Shown: piece after piece, positions 1-8,898 of the stretch
Layout: each line of letters starts with the position of its first letter
Numbering within the stretch: position 1 is the stretch's first letter
Source of the DNA: Prochlorococcus sp. MIT 0801
GTDB lineage: Bacteria > Cyanobacteriota > Cyanobacteriia > PCC-6307 > Cyanobiaceae
Direction: 5' to 3'
Length of the DNA stretch: 32,000 bases
Assembly (NCBI RefSeq): GCF_000757865.1
Contig: NZ_CP007754.1
Location: 1,560,001 to 1,592,000, forward strand
Notes under the pieces: generated by a model
What the model was told of the DNA's origin: nothing
The model's database searches: none
The model's input: only the letters and a program-made list of their open reading frames with translations
Position numbers and translations under genes: made by a program

Positions 1-75
1 GGAAAAATTTTTGTTAGTCCAGTTGATTCTGTTGTGCGAATCAGAACGGGCGACAGAAACGAAACAGCTCTTTAA
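1..75 (+). CDS. glnB: Nitrogen regulatory protein PII, C-terminal fragment (gene begins upstream of the window)
   Basis: Frame +1 reads GKIFVSPVDSVVRIRTGDRNETAL followed by TAA at 73-75. This resembles the conserved GDGKIFV..V..IRTGE C-terminus of PII proteins. Only 24 codons are visible. Confidence 0.55.
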   Translation, partial: GKIFVSPVDSVVRIRTGDRNETAL

Positions 76-85
76 ACCAAAAAAT

Positions 86-886
86 TCAAAAGCTTAAAAC
101 ATTCAACAATTTTTCGATTTCAATACCTCCCTCAACTTCATCACCCATCCAAAGAAGATATTCTTGATTTCCAGCAGGACCCTTTAAAGGTGATGCAATC
201 AATCCTTTTGGGTACCACCCATATTTTTTAGATTCGTTTGCTACCCCTTCTATAGCCTCAGCATGCAGTGAATGATCACGAACCACCCCCCCCTTGCCCA
301 CTTTATCTTTGCCAACCTCAAATTGAGGTTTCACTAATACAAGCAACTCAGATCGGTTAGATTTAAGAAGAGATTTAATACTGGGGAAAACAATTTTAAG
401 AGAGATAAAAGATAAGTCTGCAACTGCGAAGTTTGGTATTGGGTCTCCATCATTGAATAATTTTTCAGGAGTTAAATGCCTAATATTAGTACGTTCCAAA
501 AGAACCACTCTTGGATCATTTCTTATACTCCATGCCGTCTGACCATAACCAACATCAACTCCATAAACCTTTGCCGCTCCATGCTGCAAAAGACAATCTG
601 TAAAACCACCAGTTGAAATCCCAGCATCTAAACAAACCCTATTCTTAATATCTAGTGGGAATTGATTAAAAGCTTCAGCCAACTTTTCACCCCCTCTAGA
701 TACATATCTCAAGGACTGCGTAACTTTTATCTCAAGATCTTTTAAAACTTCTTGGCCTGGTTTATCAAGAACCTGACCGTTGATTGTTTTAACTTTGCCA
801 GCTCTGATGAGCTTCTGAGCCTCTTGACGTGTTTTTACCAACCCTTTAGTCAGCAAGTGAAGATCTAATCGCGATTTTTTAGTCAT
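86..886 (-). CDS. tlyA: TlyA-family rRNA 2'-O-methyltransferase (S4 RNA-binding domain + FtsJ-like methyltransferase)
   Basis: N-terminal S4-like RLDLHLLTKGLVKTRQEAQKLIRAGKVKTING, then the SAM-binding LDAGISTGGFTDCLLQHGAAKVYGVDVGYGQ. The track start at 952 is a TTG giving an odd Cys/Phe-rich 22-aa extension. The first ATG (884-886) gives the canonical MTKKSRLD N-terminus. Confidence 0.8.
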   Translation of the reverse strand: MTKKSRLDLHLLTKGLVKTRQEAQKLIRAGKVKTINGQVLDKPGQEVLKDLEIKVTQSLRYVSRGGEKLAEAFNQFPLDIKNRVCLDAGISTGGFTDCLLQHGAAKVYGVDVGYGQTAWSIRNDPRVVLLERTNIRHLTPEKLFNDGDPIPNFAVADLSFISLKIVFPSIKSLLKSNRSELLVLVKPQFEVGKDKVGKGGVVRDHSLHAEAIEGVANESKKYGWYPKGLIASPLKGPAGNQEYLLWMGDEVEGGIEIEKLLNVLSF

Positions 887-981
887 TTGTTTACAAAAAC
901 AAACAGGAAACGGAACAAAAACCGCAGAACTAGTGCTTATCCTCTTTTTCAATAGAGAATCTATTTAACTGACCAAAGGTT

Positions 982-1242
982 TTGTCTAAAAAGCTCAGGC
1001 ATCCAACAAATGAAAATGAGCTATCTTGCCATGGTCATTTTCATCTAACCTCAAAAAAACAAACTAGAGAAGTGCTTGAACTTCTACCTCCAGGAAGTTT
1101 TGCAATATTTTCAAATCATCCAAATGATTTGCCTCCCTTTCAAGTGATTGATTGCAAAGGAGGAAGATGCAGGGTAAGACAACAAGCTTGGGGAAGATAT
1201 GTCCATTGGGAAGTTGAACACAATAGACTCAAGTCAGCTTGA
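982..1242 (+). CDS. Small hypothetical protein with no in-frame ATG (TTG at 982, or GTG at 1072 giving 56 aa)
   Basis: Open frame of 86 codons between tlyA and purB with a non-random-looking C-terminal half (FQVIDCKGGRCRVRQQAWGRYVHWEVEHNRL). The only candidate starts are TTG 982-984 and GTG 1072-1074. Family not recognised. Confidence 0.4.
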   Translation: MSKKLRHPTNENELSCHGHFHLTSKKQTREVLELLPPGSFAIFSNHPNDLPPFQVIDCKGGRCRVRQQAWGRYVHWEVEHNRLKSA

Positions 1243-1286
1243 CCTTGAGGATCTAAATTAATAGTACCCTTTAACTTTGTAGCACT

Positions 1287-2582
1287 TTGATTGAGCGTTA
1301 CACAAACCCAGAGATGGGAAATATTTGGTCTGATCAAGCCAAATACCAAACATGGCTTGATGTTGAAATTGCCGCATGTGAGGCTAATTGCAAATCAGGG
1401 AAAATCCCTAAAAGTGCAATGGAAACGATTCGAACAAAGGCAAGTTTCAATCCAGAACGCATCCTCGAAATAGAAGAGGAAGTTCGCCATGACGTAATTG
1501 CCTTTCTAACAAATGTAAATGAATATGTTGGGGATGCTGGCCGTTACATTCACGTGGGAATGACCAGTAGTGATGTTCTTGATACTGGACTTGCGCTTCA
1601 ATTAAAGTCATCAGTCAAGCTTTTAACAAAAGAGCTTTTATTACTTGAAGAAGCTATTAGAGATTTAGCAAGGCAGCATAAGAAAACCGTAATGATTGGA
1701 CGTTCTCATGCGATTCATGGAGAACCTATTACTTTTGGATTCAAGTTAGCGGGATGGCTAGCTGAAACTCTCAGAAACAAAGAAAGGCTAAACAATCTTG
1801 AGAAAGACATTTCAGTTGGGCAAATTAGCGGGGCCATGGGTACTTATGCGAATACTGATCCAGAAATAGAAAGAATGACCTGCGAACTTTTGGAGCTTGA
1901 GTGTGATACTGCTAGCACTCAAGTTATCTCAAGAGATAGACATGCTAATTATGTACAGATTCTTGCTTTAATCGGATCTTCCTTAGATCGTTTTTCTACA
2001 GAAATTAGAAATCTTCAAAGAACTGATGTTCTTGAAGTAGAGGAAAACTTTGCTAAAGGCCAAAAAGGAAGCTCTGCAATGCCCCATAAAAGAAATCCAA
2101 TACGGAGTGAGAGAGTAAGTGGTCTTTCCAGAGTTTTAAGAAGCTATGTAGTTGCAGCCCTGGAAAATGTAGCTCTATGGCATGAAAGAGACATAAGCCA
2201 CAGTTCCAATGAAAGATTAATGCTGCCAGACACATCCATTACTCTTCATTTTATGATCACAGAAATGACGGCAATTATTAAAGGGCTTGGGGTTTATCCA
2301 GATAATATGCTGAAAAATTTGAACATTTATGGAGGAGTAGTTTTTAGTCAAAGAGTTCTTTTGGCTTTAGTTGAGAATGGAATGAGTCGGGAAGATTCTT
2401 ATCGACTAGTACAAAAAAATGCTCATTCAGCGTGGAATCAAAACGAAGGAAATTTCAAAAAAAACCTTGAGAATGATCCAGAAGTAATGAATAGTCTCTC
2501 AACAGAAAAACTTTCAGACTGTTTTTCAACCGAATTACATCAGTCCAATTTGAGAGTTATTTGGGAAAGGCTTGGTATTTAA
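1287..2582 (+). CDS. purB: Adenylosuccinate lyase
   Basis: Canonical MIERYTNPEM N-terminus, fumarate-lyase signature SSAMPHKRNP, 431 aa. The start codon is TTG (1287-1289); no upstream in-frame ATG. Confidence 0.95.
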   Translation: MIERYTNPEMGNIWSDQAKYQTWLDVEIAACEANCKSGKIPKSAMETIRTKASFNPERILEIEEEVRHDVIAFLTNVNEYVGDAGRYIHVGMTSSDVLDTGLALQLKSSVKLLTKELLLLEEAIRDLARQHKKTVMIGRSHAIHGEPITFGFKLAGWLAETLRNKERLNNLEKDISVGQISGAMGTYANTDPEIERMTCELLELECDTASTQVISRDRHANYVQILALIGSSLDRFSTEIRNLQRTDVLEVEENFAKGQKGSSAMPHKRNPIRSERVSGLSRVLRSYVVAALENVALWHERDISHSSNERLMLPDTSITLHFMITEMTAIIKGLGVYPDNMLKNLNIYGGVVFSQRVLLALVENGMSREDSYRLVQKNAHSAWNQNEGNFKKNLENDPEVMNSLSTEKLSDCFSTELHQSNLRVIWERLGI

Positions 2583-2628
2583 CTTTAAAAGCTGAATCAA
2601 TTAATATCAGTGAATGCACTCTAAAAAA

Positions 2629-2679
2629 GGAATAGAACTATATTTAACTAAAATCCATAGTTAAATATAGTTCTATTCC
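2629..2679. repeat. Perfect 22-bp inverted repeat (stem-loop, 7-nt loop) in the purB-fumC spacer; possible terminator or RNA processing site
   Basis: 2629-2650 ggaatagaactatatttaacta is the exact reverse complement of 2658-2679 tagttaaatatagttctattcc; the loop is aaatcca. It is preceded by A6 (2623-2628) and followed by ataggaaactc with no T-run. The U-tract therefore lies after the hairpin only on the minus strand. Confidence 0.85.
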
Positions 2680-2712
2680 ATAGGAAACTCAAAAATTCTC
2701 AACCCAAGATCA

Positions 2713-4107
2713 ATGCACAATATGAAACGACTCGAGAAAGATAGCTTAGGTTCGATTGATGTCCCCAAGGATGCGCTATGGGGAGCTCAAACTCAACGAT
2801 CAATATTAAATTTCGCTATTGGTGATGAGGTCATACCACTCGAGATTATTCATGCAATTGCTCAAATAAAAGCCTCTGCTGCTCAAGTGAATAATCATCT
2901 AGGTCTAATAAATAAAGAAACCACACAATTTATTACCGAAGCAAGTCTAGAAATTATTGAAGGGAAACATAATGATCAATTCCCTGTAAAAGTTTGGCAA
3001 ACAGGAAGTGGTACTCAAACCAATATGAACGTCAATGAGGTGATATGTAATATAGCCTCAAAAAGTATAAATAATCCGTTAGGTAGTCATGATCCAATAC
3101 ATCCCAATGATCATGTGAATTGCTCTCAATCAACAAACGATGTTTTTCCAGCTGCAATCCAAATAGCCACAGTAGTCACCTTAAAAGACACATTAATACC
3201 TGAATTAAAAAACCTCATTGATGTATTCCATAAAAAAAGTAAAGAATGGAAAGATATTATAAAAATAGGACGTACTCATCTTCAAGATGCAGTACCACTA
3301 ACTCTTGGCCAAGAAGTCTCTGCTTGGGCTGCTCAATTAGAAACCGCTTTAAGACGCATTGAAGTCAACATCGAGGAACTTTTTCCACTTCCACTTGGAG
3401 GAACCGCTATTGGTACAGGGCTTAATACTCCTAAGAATTTCGATAATTTAATTGCTCTTGACATAGCTAAAAAAACAAATCTACCTTTTGAAACTGCAGA
3501 TAATAAATTTGCCATCATGGCTAGTCATGATGGTCTTGTAAATATAATGTCTCAACTAAAATTACTAGCCGTCACTTTTCTCAAAATTGTTAATGACCTT
3601 CGACTTTTATCTTGTGGCCCAAGAGCTGGATTATCAGAACTACAGCTTCCAGCCAATGAACCTGGCAGTTCAATAATGCCTGGGAAAATAAATCCTACTC
3701 AATGCGAAGCCATGGCAATGGTATGTACGCAAATAATTGGCATGGACACCTCAGTATCGATCGCAGGGAGTGGAGGGCATCTACAAATGAATGTCTATAA
3801 GCCACTGATTGGCTACAACATTATAAAAAGCATCAACCTTATTCAAAATGCATGTAGGAGTTGCAGAGAGAATATGATTGAAGGTATTCAACCTAATAAA
3901 GCAAAAATCAAACAATATCTAGACAATTCTTTGATGTTGGTAACCGCTTTATCTCCATCAATAGGATACGAAAAAGCAAGTAAGATAGCACAATTAGCCC
4001 ATGAAAAGAATCTAAGTCTAAGACAAGCTTCCAGCCAATTAAATTATCTTGATCAAGAAGAATTTGATAATCTCATTACTCCAAAATCGATGATAGGAAG
4101 TGACTGA
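2713..4107 (+). CDS. fumC: Class II fumarate hydratase
   Basis: EKDSLGSIDVPKDALWGAQTQRS N-terminus and GSSIMPGKINPTQCEA signature, 464 aa. The start could alternatively be the second ATG at 2722. Confidence 0.93.
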   Translation: MHNMKRLEKDSLGSIDVPKDALWGAQTQRSILNFAIGDEVIPLEIIHAIAQIKASAAQVNNHLGLINKETTQFITEASLEIIEGKHNDQFPVKVWQTGSGTQTNMNVNEVICNIASKSINNPLGSHDPIHPNDHVNCSQSTNDVFPAAIQIATVVTLKDTLIPELKNLIDVFHKKSKEWKDIIKIGRTHLQDAVPLTLGQEVSAWAAQLETALRRIEVNIEELFPLPLGGTAIGTGLNTPKNFDNLIALDIAKKTNLPFETADNKFAIMASHDGLVNIMSQLKLLAVTFLKIVNDLRLLSCGPRAGLSELQLPANEPGSSIMPGKINPTQCEAMAMVCTQIIGMDTSVSIAGSGGHLQMNVYKPLIGYNIIKSINLIQNACRSCRENMIEGIQPNKAKIKQYLDNSLMLVTALSPSIGYEKASKIAQLAHEKNLSLRQASSQLNYLDQEEFDNLITPKSMIGSD

Positions 4108-4123
4108 AAAAAGTTATTTAATC

Positions 4124-6901
4124 TCAATTATGTCTTTCAGTCGCTGGATTAGTAAGTTCATGATTTATTTCTTTTGCTTGATTAATATCTTCAGCTTCAC
4201 AAACTGGGAATCTATCCATTAGTTTCATCGCTGCCTTAGCATTATTTCTAAGTTGTCTACTCACAGCCTCGCAATAGGGAATCTGTGAAAGTAAATCATT
4301 TGTCCTTCTTAGAATTCTTACAACATCTCCCTCATCTAACGAAGTATTTGAAATTAGATCAGTCCAAGTACTTCCTCTAGCCCATGCTTCTACTAAGCCC
4401 ATTAACTCTGAACTCCATAAGATAGGGATTTCTATACCAAATCGTTCTTGAACTCTAAACAATTCTCTTCGAATATTTGATAAATCATTAAATGCTTCGT
4501 CCGCAATTGCACTTGGAATAAATCCAGACCATAGATCAGGGCGATTGACTTCTGTCGCAATTGACTGAACAACTCCAGCTAATTCTGTTGGTGTTAGTTC
4601 ATCAAGATGTCCACTCATCAAAGCCAAGCCCAACCATAACTCATTTTCACCTCTTAAGGATCCAATACTCCTGCCGATCTCTGTAGGGTTTAAATCGTCC
4701 AAGCATCCGAAGTGGTTTAGTACTTTAATTAGTGATAAGAAAGTTTCCCAGTGACGATTTGACCTGTCGTAGAGCATCTCCTCACGTTCATGTATTTCAA
4801 TACCCAGTTCGTCCATTTTTCGTCTATGTTTCTTTAATTTTTTCTTATCCCCCCATCGATGAGCTGGCTGTATCAATAATTCATCCTCCAGAGATTTAAC
4901 TAATTTAGCTTGAGATAAAACTTCACTAGCAAGATCATATTGAGCTGTTCTCATGTCATTTTTCTTAGCCAAATTCGAGATTATTGAAGCTATTTCATTG
5001 CTTAGTAAATCACCATGATGTATCTCTCCAATTCTACTAATTTTAGGAGTCGTGATATGTGATACGTCTAAGCAAGTCAAATCAGCATAAAGACTAACAA
5101 CTTCCTTACAAGCAATGAGTATCCAAATATTTTCATCTGTTAAGCATAACAATTGAGCTTGTCTATCTCCTTTTTGAATTTTCTGAATAATGACTGCAGG
5201 TGTAACTTTTCCTCGCAATTGTGATGTCTTCAGACTTATGAGGGTTCCATTATTTGCAAATTCTAAGGCTAAGATCAATTCATTAGATAAGGTTTCTGCT
5301 GATTGTTTTTGCAGGATTTTTAATAATCTTCTTTCTTCCTTGAGATGACTTTTTATTTTCTCATATCTCTCAAAATCGGACCATGGTATGTCTTCTGAAA
5401 AAGTTTTATACTCTTTAAACTCCTCTTTTAATCTAGATAACTCTTCTTCTTCTTCAACTAAATCCAAGCTCGCCAAGTATCTACTAAAGCTTCTCTCTAT
5501 CAATTCTTTTGATTTATCTAAGTCATAACGCTGTAATAGATTCAGCACCATGCCATAGCTGGGTGTGAATTGACTAATAAGTGGATCGGCTGGGCTTGTA
5601 GCCAATTGACCAGCTTCTCGAACCCCTTCGAATCGAGTCTGTAAAGTGACTACATAGCCTCTAGAGTCAAGGCCTCTTCTTCCGGCCCTACCAGCCATTT
5701 GCAAGAATTCACTCCCCATTAATTGACGATGTCCATTATCTGATCTCTTCGATAAAGTAGATATAATTGTACTTCTAGCCGGCATATTGATTCCTGCAGC
5801 TAAGGTTTCAGTTGCAAAAACAACCTTTATCAATCCTTCTTGAAATAATTCCTCAATCAACTCCTTCCAGGCAGGAAGAACTCCTGCATGATGAGATCCG
5901 ATCCCATTAAATAAAGCTTTTATGTGTAAATCATCTCTCAAACCTTCTGAATTTAAAATTATAAATTTTTCAAATCGATCTTGAATTAATTTTCTTTCTT
6001 CTTGGTTGACTAAACAAGTGTTAGCTATTGTTTTCACAGCCTTGTCACAGCCACGACGACTAAATATGAAATAAATGGCGGGTAACATATTTCTTTCTGC
6101 CAGCTTCGATATCACAAAGCCCAGTGAAGGAGATTCAGGTTGAGTAGGCTTGGATAAACGTCCTCTCTTCTTATGTGATTTTATTGGGCGCCAAATTTTA
6201 CAGTTTGGATGTAATCCAGTTCCTTTATCATTGAGTAATGGATGAAGTCCTTTGGCACTACAAAAATTGAATTCCAGGGGAACTGGTCTTAAATCACTAG
6301 ATATCAAATCTGTAGGTCCATGAACTTGCTCAATCCAATCAGTTAATTGACCTGCATTGGCAACGGTTGCCGATAGAGCAACGAACTGAATTGATTTAGG
6401 GCAATGAATAATTGATTCCTCCCACACTGTCCCTCTATGCGCATCATTCATGTAATGGCATTCATCAAGAACAACAGTTTCTATATCAAGTAAAGGGTCA
6501 TCATTTCTATCTGCTGCTGCATAAAGCATATTTCTAAAAATTTCAGTAGTCATAACAAGAATCGAAGCCTCTCTATTCAGGCTTAAATCACCTGTTAAAA
6601 GACCCACATTGTTTGAACCAAATTGATTTCTAAAGTCTCTTAGCTTTTGGTTAGATAAAGCTTTTAAAGGCGTTGTATAAAACACCTTACTTCCATGAGA
6701 AATCGCTCTATAAATTGCATACTCACCTATTAGTGTTTTTCCTGATCCTGTAGGGGCACTGACAACTACAGAGTGTCCTTGATTGAGTGAATCAATTGCT
6801 TTAAGTTGAAATTCATCCAATGCAAAAGGAAAGATCTCCTCTGGATTTAAATTGTTTTGGAGGATTTCGTTTTCAGACGTATCTCTTTCTGATGAATTCA
6901 T
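4124..6901 (-). CDS. Superfamily-2 Ski2/HelY-like DExH-box helicase with long C-terminal region
   Basis: Motif I APTGSGKT, motif II DECH, motif III SAT, motif VI QMAGRAGRRG. 925 aa with a roughly 450-aa C-terminal extension whose end (DEGDVVRILRRTNDLL) resembles the DSHCT region of Ski2/Mtr4/HelY helicases. Confidence 0.85.
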   Translation of the reverse strand: MNSSERDTSENEILQNNLNPEEIFPFALDEFQLKAIDSLNQGHSVVVSAPTGSGKTLIGEYAIYRAISHGSKVFYTTPLKALSNQKLRDFRNQFGSNNVGLLTGDLSLNREASILVMTTEIFRNMLYAAADRNDDPLLDIETVVLDECHYMNDAHRGTVWEESIIHCPKSIQFVALSATVANAGQLTDWIEQVHGPTDLISSDLRPVPLEFNFCSAKGLHPLLNDKGTGLHPNCKIWRPIKSHKKRGRLSKPTQPESPSLGFVISKLAERNMLPAIYFIFSRRGCDKAVKTIANTCLVNQEERKLIQDRFEKFIILNSEGLRDDLHIKALFNGIGSHHAGVLPAWKELIEELFQEGLIKVVFATETLAAGINMPARSTIISTLSKRSDNGHRQLMGSEFLQMAGRAGRRGLDSRGYVVTLQTRFEGVREAGQLATSPADPLISQFTPSYGMVLNLLQRYDLDKSKELIERSFSRYLASLDLVEEEEELSRLKEEFKEYKTFSEDIPWSDFERYEKIKSHLKEERRLLKILQKQSAETLSNELILALEFANNGTLISLKTSQLRGKVTPAVIIQKIQKGDRQAQLLCLTDENIWILIACKEVVSLYADLTCLDVSHITTPKISRIGEIHHGDLLSNEIASIISNLAKKNDMRTAQYDLASEVLSQAKLVKSLEDELLIQPAHRWGDKKKLKKHRRKMDELGIEIHEREEMLYDRSNRHWETFLSLIKVLNHFGCLDDLNPTEIGRSIGSLRGENELWLGLALMSGHLDELTPTELAGVVQSIATEVNRPDLWSGFIPSAIADEAFNDLSNIRRELFRVQERFGIEIPILWSSELMGLVEAWARGSTWTDLISNTSLDEGDVVRILRRTNDLLSQIPYCEAVSRQLRNNAKAAMKLMDRFPVCEAEDINQAKEINHELTNPATERHN

Positions 6902-7030
6902 TACTAAACCTTAGACGAATATTCTATGACCACATAATTTTTGACGTGGATAAGTAATGAAATCAAGAAACTCAAGAAAAAATGTTAAGCCAACACCTAA
7001 ATCTTTAATCCCAGAGGAGAAAATAAAAAT

Positions 7031-8173
7031 ATGCCTGAAATCCCTACTTCTAGAATTCGTACACTGAGGACTTGGGTTCCAGGAAAAAGATCATCAGAAT
7101 TGATTGGTGAAGATGAAAATAAAAATAAAATCACTCTAATTGACCTAGCAAGTAATGACTATCTTGATCTTGCAAGACATCCATTATTAATAGAGGCAGC
7201 CAGACAAATTTTAGAAACTGATGGGATTGGTTCTGGAGGATCAAGATTTATTACCGGCAGTAGAAATATTCATCAAAAACTTGAAACAAAGCTTGGTGAA
7301 TGGCTTAATCGTGAGATTGTACTGCTCTACCCGAGTGGCTTCCAAGCGAATCTGGCTGCAGTTTTAGCACTTGCTGATCGTCACACTCATATTATTTGTG
7401 ATCGTCTGATACACCATTCTCTACTCGTTGGAGTCAAAGCGAGTGGAGCAAAGCTCTTTAGATTCAAACACAACAATTTATCTGAACTAGAAAAGCTTTT
7501 AAAAAAATCTAGACAAAACAATCCTCGAAAAAAACCTTTAGTAATTACTGAAAGCATTTTCAGCATGGAGGGTACAACAGCTCCCATAAAAGAAATTTCA
7601 AAGCTATGTATTGAATACGATTCAAAGTTATTGATAGATGAAGCTCACGCGTTTGGCGTCATGGGGTCAGAAGGAAGAGGTGAGTCATTTGGACTCAAAG
7701 AACCAATTTCAATTATCAGTGGGACTTTCGGTAAAGCCTTTGGAAGTGGAGGAGCATTTCTAGCAACAGATAAAATAACAGGAGAAAATCTCATCCAAAA
7801 CTGTGGAGCATTTCGTTATACCACGGCATTAGCTCCTCCACTTTGTGCAAGTGCTTTAGCTGCATTAAATATAATTGAAAGCAACCCTTGCTGGGGGAGC
7901 CAACTGATAGAAAAATCAATAGTTTTAAGAGACAGATTGTCTCAAATTGGTTGGCAAAGACCTGCTGGTAAAGGCCCAATAATCTCCATAATTCTTGGTT
8001 CAGACAGATTAGCCATGGATTATCAAAAAAGACTAGAGGTGAAAGGCCTTCTAACTGTTGCAATCCGTCCACCAACTGTCCCTGAAGGTAAATCGAGACT
8101 AAGATTAGTGATCAGGCGAAATACTCCAGTTCAGGCCTTCGAAAGACTTATTGAAGTTCTTAAAAATAAATGA
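7031..8173 (+). CDS. bioF: 8-amino-7-oxononanoate synthase
   Basis: Class-II aminotransferase fold with GSGGSRFITG, DEAHAFGVMG and the PLP-lysine context SGTFGKAFG. First gene of a bio cluster. Confidence 0.9.
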   Translation: MPEIPTSRIRTLRTWVPGKRSSELIGEDENKNKITLIDLASNDYLDLARHPLLIEAARQILETDGIGSGGSRFITGSRNIHQKLETKLGEWLNREIVLLYPSGFQANLAAVLALADRHTHIICDRLIHHSLLVGVKASGAKLFRFKHNNLSELEKLLKKSRQNNPRKKPLVITESIFSMEGTTAPIKEISKLCIEYDSKLLIDEAHAFGVMGSEGRGESFGLKEPISIISGTFGKAFGSGGAFLATDKITGENLIQNCGAFRYTTALAPPLCASALAALNIIESNPCWGSQLIEKSIVLRDRLSQIGWQRPAGKGPIISIILGSDRLAMDYQKRLEVKGLLTVAIRPPTVPEGKSRLRLVIRRNTPVQAFERLIEVLKNK

Positions 8174-8898
8174 AAGAAATAATCGCTATGCATGGGTGGG
8201 CTGGTGATAGCAATCAATGGGCAAATTGGGTAAAGATATTTAAGTGTTGCGAATGGGAATGGCAAACTTGTGAACGCGGATACAAAGCTTTAAGTCCGCA
8301 CACACCAAAATGGAATCACAACTCAAATACAGTCAACCTAAAAAGAGTTGCGATATGTCACTCTCTTGGTTCACATTTGATAGATAAACAAGTCTTACAC
8401 TCAGCTACACACGTTGTATTAATCAATAGTTTTAGTCGTTTTATCCCAAGTGGTAAAGAGAATCGCCCTGTACAAATGGTACTCAATAAGATGATGAATA
8501 CAATTAATACACCAAATGAAGCATCTATGTTAAGAAAATTTCATGTAAAAGCTTATAAACCGAATCACATAGATGCTAAGGCAATTGAATCCAATCTCAT
8601 TAACATCTCAGAGATAGGGAGGGTGAGACTAAAAAATGATTTAATACGTTTGATTAATTCTACTTCTCTGCCAACTGGATTAAATACTCATGCCAACGTA
8701 CTTATTGTTAATAGTGAAGAAGACTATATATTGGCTAATCAAACGAAAGTAAAGCTAGCTGAAGATTTAAAACAACACTTAGAGCTCTTACCGAAAACAA
8801 TCAACCTTCAAGGCGAGGGGCATTCCATTACAAAAATTAAAAATATCAAAAAAATAAAACACTGGCTAGAATTTGATCATGCAAAAAACATGGTCTAG
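8170..8898 (+). CDS. bioK: Alpha/beta-hydrolase, probable pimeloyl-ACP methyl ester esterase of the cyanobacterial BioK type
   Basis: Its ATG overlaps the bioF TGA (ATGA at 8170-8173). Nucleophile elbow ICHSLGS (first Gly replaced by Cys), an acidic NSEEDY and a C-terminal GEGHS give a plausible Ser-Asp-His triad. Its position between bioF and bioC matches the bioK slot described for picocyanobacteria. Confidence 0.6.
   Translation: MKEIIAMHGWAGDSNQWANWVKIFKCCEWEWQTCERGYKALSPHTPKWNHNSNTVNLKRVAICHSLGSHLIDKQVLHSATHVVLINSFSRFIPSGKENRPVQMVLNKMMNTINTPNEASMLRKFHVKAYKPNHIDAKAIESNLINISEIGRVRLKNDLIRLINSTSLPTGLNTHANVLIVNSEEDYILANQTKVKLAEDLKQHLELLPKTINLQGEGHSITKIKNIKKIKHWLEFDHAKNMV

Noticed and set aside
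887-952. 22-codon N-terminal extension of the tlyA-like ORF (track start at 952)
   Set aside because: The start at 952 is a TTG, and the extension (KKRISTSSAVFVPFPVCFCKQ) has no counterpart in TlyA proteins. The ATG at 886 gives the canonical S4-domain N-terminus.
1140-1473. ORFs 1140-1349 (-) and 1291-1473 (+)
   Set aside because: One is a shadow or out-of-frame ORF overlapping the small ORF and the purB start, and the other is an alternative frame inside purB. Their compositions are not protein-like, and purB fully explains the region.
2053-3518. Antisense 60-61-aa ORFs inside purB (2053-2235) and fumC (3333-3518)
   Set aside because: They are embedded antisense in strongly conserved enzyme genes. 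They are short, and their hydrophobic or low-complexity translations are typical of shadow frames.
7387-8075. Antisense ORFs inside bioF (7387-7587 and 7791-8075)
   Set aside because: They are shadow frames of a well-supported CDS with no recognisable motifs.
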